Shown here one piece after another: positions 11,048-20,316 of a stretch of 40,160 bases of DNA. The position numbers and the translations under genes were made by a program. How positions within the stretch are numbered: position 1 is the first letter of the stretch; every line of letters begins with the position of its first letter. The stretch spans positions 1 through 40,160 of the forward strand of contig NKIB01014858.1 of the NCBI GenBank assembly GCA_002256025.1, written 5' to 3'. The stretch comes from Asterionella formosa. Taxonomy: Eukaryota. The notes beneath the pieces are model-generated. The model was not told where the DNA came from and made no database searches. It was given only the letters and a program-made list of their open reading frames with translations.

Positions 11048-12601
11048 TCATTGTTCCTCTGTAAGGAAAAGGGTTGGCATCATGTCGATTATCTGTTGGT
11101 AGTCCCTTTGAAAGGCATCTTCGTCATCATTTATCAGCTGAACCCATCCAGCATCCGATCTGATATCGACAGTGGGAGAAATTTCACTCCCCATTTCCAG
11201 AAAACGAGGGTAGATCTCCATATCCAAGAAACTATCCAAACGCTGTATTTCGTTCAGTGCTTCTCCGTTCAGTCCGGACAATTTTCCTGTCGCGTGATTG
11301 ACGAGATGAACCATTGCTGCATGCGCTCGGCTAGAAGGGAGCGTGGGGTAATCTTCCCAAGTAATTTCTTTCACTATTGGGCCATCTCCAAGGTAAGAAT
11401 CCAGCATCATGTCAAGTGAATTGTAGCCTATACACGCCATTGTAAGGGGAGCAAAGTCCATGTTGTGTTGACGACAATTGACTTCTACTAAGCGTGGGCC
11501 ATCACATGTCATGATCACTTCTGTGTGTGTTGTACCCCATTTCAAACCAAGGGAATTGAGTACTTTCATTGCATATTCGCAAATAATATTCCCAATCTCT
11601 GACTCGTTTGCTTCAATTAGCTCGGTACCATGATAGACGAACGACGCTCCATTTACCGGTCGTTTATCATACCTCCACAGTGCAGCAACTTTGTGCTCGC
11701 CGTCTTTTGACACTGTATCCAGAGCATACTCCGTCCCGTACGCAAATTCTTGTACCAAGACAGCGTCGTGTTTTTGACCGGGTGAACCAAAAATAGTATT
11801 GCCATGGATTTGGTGAAAAGCATGCTTCACGCTAGGTAAGTCTCGGCACAATGATACTTGCTCAGATGCCACGCCTCGAATAGGTTTAACGACGCAAAGG
11901 TGAGAGCTCGCAAGTGGAGTGTTGCATCCACTTCCGAGAAGCCCAGTTGCTGTATTGATACTGTTTGAAGTTGATTGCCGCTGTTGTTGTTCACTCTCTG
12001 CCGAATCCGTCAATCCCAATTCAATAGCAAACTCTATGGCCTCCTCGACAGATCTGCAGATTCGTTGGTTAACAACAGCAAGACCAGATTGACTCACAAC
12101 TTGGTTCATGAGATACTTGTTTCGTCTCGCTTCGTTGAAGCCATTCTGTTTCTGTATCTTCAAAAGTTCGGCCATTCGTTCCCCATCGGCTAGCCCCGAA
12201 TCAGACTCGCAAATGATTCCTTCGATAACATCGACATGCAGTGCATCCAACCATCCTTGCAGCTGCTCTTGGGTAGGGATACTCATCGACTTAGGTTCCT
12301 CCATTTCCGGATGAAACTTTTGAAAGTATCCAATCATGTAGTCGGATAGAATGTTGATGCACGCGATTCCATAAACTTCTCGAGCCACTTTCGACATGTA
12401 GCCACCGTGATACGCACTGAACTTGTCCATGAAGACAAGTGCGCGTCTTGGCCCTGGAGCCCATTCATCAGGAATATCCACGTGAGGCACGGGATCGACA
12501 GATCCACCTCGTGGGATAGTCTGCGCTACTTTCGAAAAGAAACAATGGGTTTGCCTTGCTCCGGCAAGCAATGGAACGATCCAGAGTCCTATTGGCTTCA
12601 T
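11048..12601 (-). CDS. ATP-grasp domain protein (L-amino-acid ligase/carboxylate-amine ligase-like), 517 aa
   Basis: Motifs ARRNKYLM, CVVKPIRGVAS, VLVQEFAYGTEYALD and GTTHTEVI..DGPRLVEVNCR. N-terminal hydrophobic leader ending HC|FF followed by PRGG. Confidence 0.85.
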   Translation of the reverse strand: MKPIGLWIVPLLAGARQTHCFFSKVAQTIPRGGSVDPVPHVDIPDEWAPGPRRALVFMDKFSAYHGGYMSKVAREVYGIACINILSDYMIGYFQKFHPEMEEPKSMSIPTQEQLQGWLDALHVDVIEGIICESDSGLADGERMAELLKIQKQNGFNEARRNKYLMNQVVSQSGLAVVNQRICRSVEEAIEFAIELGLTDSAESEQQQRQSTSNSINTATGLLGSGCNTPLASSHLCVVKPIRGVASEQVSLCRDLPSVKHAFHQIHGNTIFGSPGQKHDAVLVQEFAYGTEYALDTVSKDGEHKVAALWRYDKRPVNGASFVYHGTELIEANESEIGNIICEYAMKVLNSLGLKWGTTHTEVIMTCDGPRLVEVNCRQHNMDFAPLTMACIGYNSLDMMLDSYLGDGPIVKEITWEDYPTLPSSRAHAAMVHLVNHATGKLSGLNGEALNEIQRLDSFLDMEIYPRFLEMGSEISPTVDIRSDAGWVQLINDDEDAFQRDYQQIIDMMPTLFLTEEQ

Positions 12602-12799
12602 GCTTCGTCAATTATTTGATTTCATACCACGAAGGAGTACCAGGTACCAGGTTACTGGTACCAGGTACCAACAGTATGTACTGGTATCAAGAATCCACAC
12701 TACCAGGGTACCTGGTGCCATACCGGTATGAATATACGCGGTGTTTCTACCGGTATTGTCATTCATATTTCTTTGTTCATAGCAAATATATAACATATC

Positions 12800-13420
12800 C
12801 TCCCCCCCCCCTCAGATACCACCCTCCAGTTCTGTCTTTACTGCTTTCCTCTAACAATTCTTGATTGGATGGAACCACCTTCTTTGGGGTCATATCCCTC
12901 TATCCTGGGGCCATGCAATGCACATGTACAAATCTCAACAATTCCCAGAGTAAAAGTACTGGTACAATCCCACTGATTGGTCTTGTCAACTCTTCACATT
13001 TCTTCAAACTTACTCAATGGATCAATGGAAATTCTGGAATGACTCCATTCATGGGGCCTCTGTAGCAGCCACCAATACCTGTCAAACCTGCACACTGACC
13101 TCCTTTGTCACTTCAGCTTCCTCACTCAACTCTCTGTCCCAGCAGACAATGGGGTACCTGTTTCATCTCGCCCTATCCACTTGCATTACCCACTCCTCCC
13201 TCTCTGTTTTGGCAACATGGTTGGAGATCCATAAAGCTGGTCAAATTTGCCTAACTTGCCAACTTTGTCAAGATCAATGCCAGCAAGGCTCAATCCACCA
13301 ATATCTGATTAAACGTGCCCTTCCCCATTGTCCCTCCACTCCTGTCTAACCCCTTATAATCTTTGGAGCAACTGAACAAACTCCACACACTACCATAGTC
13401 GAGGTCCATAAAGTGTACTT
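12800..13420 (+). mobile_element. 5'-truncated, decayed non-LTR (LINE) retrotransposon 3' end
   Basis: One frame reads *QFLIGWNHLLWGHIPLSWGH...*...DWSCQLFTFLQTYSMDQWKFWNDSIHG, matching the Q..IGW..(R)G....W / W..RN..HG C-terminal pattern of diatom LINE ORF2. In-frame TAA stops, C-rich composition, strong CpG depletion and an AT-rich tail. Confidence 0.65.
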
Positions 13421-13791
13421 AAAAAATTTATTTAATTATTATATTTGTATTCATCTATTAGTATGTATAAATACAAGGTAAACAACGGTATCTATACGTA
13501 GACGCCAATAACGGGATGGACATGTGTACGGTAGGATACATGATGTAGATACCGGTACATCATGTACTACATATACTATTATATACCAGGTAGTGTAGAG
13601 GAACGAGCGAAAGATTCCTTCATGAAGATCGAAAGAATGGCAGCATCAAGTAATATCGCCTACCGGTAGTCGCATGATCCCTATTATTTCTTTTACAAAA
13701 TACCCCTTCCAACGCTTCGCTTCAACACGAGGATCATTATCTTCTCATCCCTTGATCGACGTAGCTCCATCATTTTTCATTCATCGATGCC

Positions 13792-14557
13792 ATGAGATTC
13801 CTTCGCGCCATCGGTACTGTAATGCTATCGTCTCTTTGCGCCACATCAAGCGCCTTTATTATGCCTCCCTTCAAGAATGAAGCCACGACGTTCTCCACGG
13901 CTCAATTTGCGTTCTGGCGTCACTTTGTACCACGTGACAAACGCATGGGTCTCATTGTCGAGAGCACTGATATATATAGTGGGGAGAAGGCTGTCTTCTC
14001 TCCCTCGATCGTCATGTTGTTGAGCTTCATGTTGGCGTTGCCCTTGGCATGCAACGCTGTAAGTGGCGGAGGTCTTGACTACGCAAATATTGATATCACT
14101 GGGCAAGATTTTAGTCATCAAAACTACAAAGGAAAGGATTTTACGCAGGTGATTGCCAAGGGCACAAATTTCGCTGGGTCGAACTTGCAAGGATGTCGAT
14201 TTTACAAGGCTTTCTTGGTGCGTTTCTACGCTGCGACTGCCGAGGCGAATACATTTGCATTTTGAAATTTGTCACTAACACCATTTCTACCAGGTAAACA
14301 CTGACTTTACTGGTGCTGATTTGAGAGGGGCATCGTTGGAAGATACGAGCATGGATGGAGCTTCCTTGAAGGATGCAAATGCTGCCGGGGCTTATTTCAG
14401 CGCTTCGTTGTTAGATGCCAAGTCGCTGGAGAATGGAGACTTTACTGATGCAGCTTTGCCAGTGAAAACGCAGATTTTGGTTTGTGGACGCGACGATGTC
14501 AAGGGAACCAACCCAGTGACTGGTGTCGATACAAGAGATTCCCTCATGTGTCCATAA
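13792..14557 (+). CDS. Thylakoid-lumen pentapeptide-repeat protein (TL17-like), 2 exons (13792-14217, 14294-14557), 229 aa
   Basis: A(D/N)LXX repeats continue across intron 14218-14293 (GTGCGT..CTAAC..CCAG). C-terminus C...GTNPVTGVDTRDSLMCP. SSA|FIMP plastid motif plus a second hydrophobic segment ending ACNA. Confidence 0.9.
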
Positions 14558-15049
14558 TCACTCGTTCAATTATGCGTGTCCACTGTCTTTTGGCTGATGC
14601 TAATGCCAATTCTAATGCTATCGCGCCCAACTATATTGTCATCACCATTTCATGAACACCCTTTCACCGACATGCAAGCACTCAGCGATAAGAGACAAGG
14701 GTAACTACGAGTTTTAACCGACTTGACCTTTGTCGCCGAAGCATGTTATGATAAGATCACTTGTCGCTTTATACATGCCAGAATCGCTATTGACCTATAG
14801 AAAATAACTATTACACTTCCTCCCTCTCGAACAATTCCTTGATTTGTTCAGTCATTATCTTTAGAATTCATTTGAAAATTCAAGTGAGAGTTGCCAGGTC
14901 TATCTGCAATTCATAGGCTTCTACTCAAGAGCCAAATCGTAAATATGGTTGAAACTGTAATGCGGCAATCGGTTGTTATATTGTTTTACTGGTAGCAGAT
15001 GGGGATGAGAAGTATGGAAAAATTATACTATAGATCAGGAACTTCTTCC

Positions 15050-18000
15050 TCAATCATCTTCATATTCGTCATCGTCAAACCCGAGCTCGTCCTCAACGTC
15101 CTCATCGTCAAGGTCTCCAAAGCCGTTACGTTGGTTTGCTTGCTCGCTTTTTACTTGTTCTTCGTATTCATCAATAACTCCTTCGATGCCTGCTCCGAAG
15201 CCAGAATCAACGAATTCATTCAAGTTTTCTGGATTCACCACTCCTACTTTCATCAGAAACATCATAGCGTTATCGACCTTTTGTATCAACGCCTTTAGTT
15301 CGTCCCTTGTAAAATCTTTGCTGCCAACAAGTTCACAACGGAAGAATTCAAGTTTCTTTGAGAATTCACTCTTTAGGTCACCACTCATACTGCCCTCGCT
15401 TGTGTACCCTTGCAACTCCTTGAAGCAAATATCAATTTGTTCGTACAATCCTGGGCCGTATTTTTCCTCATGTTCTGCGGCAAGCATAGGGAACCCTGAA
15501 TTCCGCAGGCGATACGGAGTATCTCGAAAGCCATTATCATACCAAAGATCTTTTACATATTCGTAATTGTAATACTCTCTCCACTTCTCCTTGGGGTCGT
15601 CAGTCTTGAAAAATGGTCCATCAGCTTGCAACTTTGCCATTGCTTCTTCTGGTAGGGGAACCATTTGATAGATGTCAGGGTGCCCATATCGAATCAAAAA
15701 CTGCAACTCTGGTGTCAAATCTGCTTCATCTGGATCGAGGGGGAGAGCAAGAGTGGGGAACCAGACGAAATCAAGGGCGCGTAAAAGAATAACCTTCTCA
15801 GGGTGGTAGGCGTCCAAAAAGTTTTGGAGTTCTCTAATTCTCTTGACAGATTTACCAATTTCATAACCAGCCAATGCTTCCGGCCATGGATCCTCATCAG
15901 GCATTACAAAGTCATCATTGACAAACAAATCGCCTCTGACAAGGTAGTATGCATAAAAGGCACACATTGCCTTCTCGAAGGGAATCTCCAAAAAGTACCT
16001 TGCATCACCCCAATCAAATCCAATCTTATCGAGCATTTTCTTTCTTTCGGGAATGTGTTTAACTTCTAAGCTTCCGTCACGAATGCGTTTAACAATACCA
16101 CCAAGAGGCATTCCGCTCAAGTGCTCAGGCCAGACACTTGTTCCTACAGTCATGGGTTTGGCCATGGTAGCCACCGCGACGCGATTCTGCACTGCGACCT
16201 GAGATTGAACCTCTTGCTGAAGGCGCTGGATTTCGAAAGCAATCAAGTCTTCGCTATCACTAAGACTTCCTGCTTCCTCAAAAGCAGCGATTGCGGCAGC
16301 TGCTCTTGCAGAGGCTTCGCTGTCAAACAATGACGAATCCTCTTCACCGAACAAGCTCGTCTCAGGAGCTGGAACCATAAAGTCACTACCTTGAACAGTT
16401 AAGTTAGAGAAATCCCCGTACATTTCTTTATAGACGGTCAGTGCTTCAACAACATCCTCAAAAACAAAGTTATCGCCAAAATCATCATTGAACCAGGGAA
16501 CGTCTTTCTTCTGTTTCCCCTTCTTCATTAGGCTAATATCATCACTGTATGAAAAAGAAAAAGAGGGGAACGTTAGAAATGATTTGTGCAGTGAAGCGGA
16601 AAATGACACCAATATCAAAAAAGCGCCTCACCCTGTATCCAAAATAATACCAACGGAAATTGCACGCGAGCGAGCTATTGCGAGAGATTCTTCCAGGGTT
16701 TGGGGAGGTACATATTCTACCTCTGTTGGGGGAGGTACTTCAGTAGGAGTTGTTCTTGATAAGGACGCCATAGATTCTCCAACAATGCCCCATGACGGCG
16801 TGCCGTTGTCATTCTTGAATGGATCATTGGACCCGAAATCAAATGAGGGGCCAAAAATATTCTCCATGGCCGATTCGGTAGTCTCCCAATCATATTCATT
16901 GTCATCCTCCATTGCAAAAGAGTCAGCAGCGGGCATGTTGGCCGTTTGCTCCGCATCAGCGGCCTCTTCTGCATTTGTTTTGCGGCCTCGTTTTCCTGCC
17001 CGATCCGAGGGAGGTGGGCTCCAAATAAAGCCAATGGAGTCTAGATCTTGTCGTCGCTCTGGGTTTGTATTTACAAACGTCCCTTGGCTTCGGATAGCGT
17101 TAACTCTAGCGCCAAGGCGCAGTCCCCAAGTCCTCTCTGGCCATTCCGGTGAATCCTCTGGAACGAAAAATGGTTGAGGCACAAGCAAGTCTCCGAAAAT
17201 TTCTTTATAACGCTTGAGTGCATCAAATACAATATCGAATCGAGAGTCGCTAGTAGCAGACTTTGTTTCCAGCTCCAGACCAAGATTGATTAACTTTTGT
17301 TCCGCCCCGGGATTCGCCTTGAGAAAAGATTTGGATCGCATTGAAACAATCGTTTTTCCAAGAGGGAGTCCTCGTGTTGACTGTGGCCATGGATCACAAT
17401 CTGGGACAATAAAGTTTGGAGGAATATGGAGCGTACTTCCAGTTGGGTGCTCCTTCCGATAGGTAAGGAGCGCTTCATAAATTTGGTCAAAGGTAACTCC
17501 GTCCATTTCCTCCTCCGCTGAGGCCGTTGTCCGGAGCCTCCACAAAAAGCCCAATCCATCTAGTAACTTTCTTCGTTTTTCATTATTTTGAATATGTTTC
17601 CCCGTGGCTCGTATGGCCGATACCTTGATGCCAAGTTTCATGCCCCAAGCTTTCTCTGTTTTTGGCAGTTACAACACATCCGTGGTGGCGTGAGTTAGTT
17701 AGTTACGGTGTCCGAGCAAGCGTGACTGTGCCAGCTCCTACAGGTAGAACGAACAAACACACACACACACACGTACCTGGCCATGGAGGCAAGGATGGTA
17801 CGATGAATCGGGAGGGTACTTTCAAGTCCCCATAGGCAGCCTTGTACATTTGAAAGGCTGCCACTAAGGCTTTCCACTCGTCGTCGTCCGCTTGCGCTTC
17901 GTTATTGTTCGTGGCTAGCAGTCTGAGAGTCCGTTGATGCGATACGGAGAATATGGAGGGCGGCCTCAGCAAGGAACCCATCAGGTCCACGCCTCGTGAC

Positions 18001-18095
18001 GCCGAGCCTGGCTGATGCAAGGAAAAGGCCGCAGCACAAGTGGCAGCGCAAACTGCTGCTGATGTAAACATTCCCACCGTACACCGAAAGCTCAT
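15050..18095 (-). CDS. Helicase-associated (HA)-like repeat protein without a helicase domain, probably plastid-targeted, 3 exons (18095-17777, 17655-16632, 16544-15050), about 945 aa
   Basis: Five repeats of type AL..YK..YGDL.VP..F.VP...WP....G..LG..V..IR......R...LD.IGF.W. Introns 17776-17656 (GTACGT..CAG) and 16631-16545 (GTGAGG..CAG) join the three ORFs in frame. Signal + AAA|FSL and an acidic C-terminus. Alternative start at 18071. Confidence 0.82.
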
Positions 18096-18742
18096 GCTTG
18101 TAGTCACATGCTCATGTCGCCTCGGAGGTATTCTCGTGTTCCTCTGTGTTTGTTGCCGTGTGTGCTCCATCATTGGGGTCAAGTCGGATTCCGGAAAATA
18201 CCGGTGGATGATACCGGTAATCAATTCAGTGGATGATGTCAATATTTAAAAGGGTTATCAGCCGGCAAAGGATACGGGCGCGTGCGTATCAAGGAGGGTT
18301 AAAATTGAGGCGCCAATGGGAGGGTCAAGCAATCCAAGAATTCGTGAGCTGCTCTACCGAGTTTTTGGATCGGGCTCTGCTGACATGGAGTGTTCAAGGA
18401 GCAACTGGAAGGACCAAAAGGCGGTGCCTTCAACAATCTGATGGAATTATGGTACCGTTAGTACCAGGAACGAAGCAAATGCGATGCGCGCCACGTTCTT
18501 TTCCTTTGGCTTTTTTCCAGACCGCCACAGCATTACTGTCGTCGCAGCCATCATCAGCATCAGTCCGAGGAAGGTCGATAAAAGGTTGTTCTATTGAGCA
18601 AAGTAAGCTAAATATCTCTACCGGACCTTCCAGCATGACAGTCATAGCGTCGGTACCGGAAACCTTGTATGTACATGCTGAAATGTGATTATATATTTTT
18701 AACCATGCTTGGAAATATATAAATATTCTCATCATGTTCATT

Positions 18743-19108
18743 TACGGTACCTGGTACCTGGTACCAGGTACTGTATGCACAGGGTATAGCGTTGAATTGA
18801 CTGGACCAGTACAATTTATTGCGATGACGACTGGGCGGAGCGAATAACAGCTGCTTGATGGGTCCCTGTCCGCCGACCGTTTGTCATACTGGACACCGTA
18901 CGAGTTCATATGTAGGTGCACACAGTTATGCGCTGGTACCTGGTACCGTACCAGTTTGATGTACCAGCATGCGTTTGGTGCTCCTGCTTCGGTACATACC
19001 GGTACCAGGTACCAGGTACTATCTGGTACCGTACCAGTCCTTTCCTTGCATACTGCCGGGTACATAGGAGTGTACGTGTTACCGGTACCAGGTAAAATAA
19101 GTACCAGG
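18743..19108. repeat. Dense array of TA-bounded CCGG/CCWGG/CGG/CTG units
   Basis: For example, 18743-18775 parses as TA-CGG-TA-CCTGG-TA-CCTGG-TA-CCAGG-TA-CTG-TA. Similar concatemers occur at about 18935-19035 and 19080-19108. Confidence 0.9.
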
Positions 19109-19377
19109 TTCTATGATACTAGCAGGCAGTAGGTATCATGGATCTTCGATTTTCGAAATCCATCGTCATGGTCATGGTGCAGCCATGCGTTGGGACGTTT
19201 TTGCCTCGACTACGAGATTTTATGATCTGCACAGTGGTTCCCAAATTCAAAAGGTTACGCACACAAGTATCATTTGCTTACACAGTACCGGTATTATTAC
19301 TATTCTAAATATAACTATAGACTGGCTTGACCCAATTCTTACAACATAGTAAAGAGGGAACTGTTCTATCTACCGGT

Positions 19378-20250
19378 ATGCCCACGACCACGGAATTTAG
19401 CAGCCAAGGCTTTGATCTTGACGTACTTCCATCAGAAGGAGGTCATGATGATGTGATATTGGAGCTTGGTGGGGGCGTAACAAGGTCGGAAACGAAAACA
19501 GAACAAGCGTCCAGCATTAGCAACTCTGATGAGGTTGAATCACCCATTGCCGTGTCGGAAGGCTTCAAAACACAAGGAAATGAACAATTTAAACTGGGAG
19601 CGTACCTAGAAGCCTACGATATGTACACGGAAGCCATAGATGCTTGTCCTGGAATGACAGGAGCACACATTTTGACTAGCAAAGACGAATATGAAGAGAA
19701 ACGTCATCTAGAAGCTGTCAATCGACACCGTCTGATGGAGGAACAGCGGCTTAAGATGAAAGAAAAAGGCGAAAAGGGAGAACCAGAGCATCCTCCACCC
19801 CCACCACCGTTTCAACCTCCACCACATGAATTTGGCCACCAGTTGGCTGTCTATCATTGCAATCGCGCGGCGTGCTTGCTGCATTTGGCCAAGTACGATG
19901 AAGCCATTAAGGACTGTACTGTAGCAGTTCTACTCAATCCGAATTATACAAAGGCATGGATGCGACGATCAAATGCTTACGAAGCGACGGAGCGAACTGA
20001 AGATGCATTGGAGGACGCCAAGAAGGCACTGGACTCAGATCCTGCGAATTACAAGATACGACAAGACGTAGCAAGGCTTCAAAAGATGGAAGACGCACGG
20101 CTCGAAAAATTAAAGGAAGAAACCCTGGGCAAACTGAAGGAGTTGGGAAATTCTATTCTCGGAAATTTTGGGATGAGTCTGGACAACTTCAACGCTGTCA
20201 AAGACCCGAATACCGGATCCTACAGTCTTTCATTCAATTCTGCCAAATAG
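19378..20250 (+). CDS. TTC1: Tetratricopeptide repeat protein 1 homolog, 290 aa
   Basis: TPR motifs KTQGNEQFKLG.Y.EA...YTEAI, NRAACLL and NPNYTKAWMRRS. Characteristic C-terminus LKELGNSILGNFGMSLDNF...KDPNTGSYSLSF. Confidence 0.88.
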   Translation: MPTTTEFSSQGFDLDVLPSEGGHDDVILELGGGVTRSETKTEQASSISNSDEVESPIAVSEGFKTQGNEQFKLGAYLEAYDMYTEAIDACPGMTGAHILTSKDEYEEKRHLEAVNRHRLMEEQRLKMKEKGEKGEPEHPPPPPPFQPPPHEFGHQLAVYHCNRAACLLHLAKYDEAIKDCTVAVLLNPNYTKAWMRRSNAYEATERTEDALEDAKKALDSDPANYKIRQDVARLQKMEDARLEKLKEETLGKLKELGNSILGNFGMSLDNFNAVKDPNTGSYSLSFNSAK

Positions 20251-20316
20251 TTTCAATTGGACTGCTTTTTATCATCTAAATGTAGACAACTCAACTCGTA
20301 AATGGTAGGGTGTGGC

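Noticed and set aside
17756..17772. (CA)n microsatellite
   Set aside because: An ordinary short intronic microsatellite next to the splice donor.
18233..18741. Overlapping ORFs of 151 aa (+) and 103 aa (-)
   Set aside because: No recognisable motifs, and they lie in a footprint-rich spacer. They may be a decayed gene or chance ORFs.
18743..19108. CRISPR-like array interpretation of the repeats
   Set aside because: Units are only 5-7 nt with no constant repeat and unique spacers, there are no cas genes, and the context is eukaryotic.
18742..19132. ORFs rich in VPGT/WY/YQVP
   Set aside because: These are translation artefacts of the GGTACCWGG concatemers.
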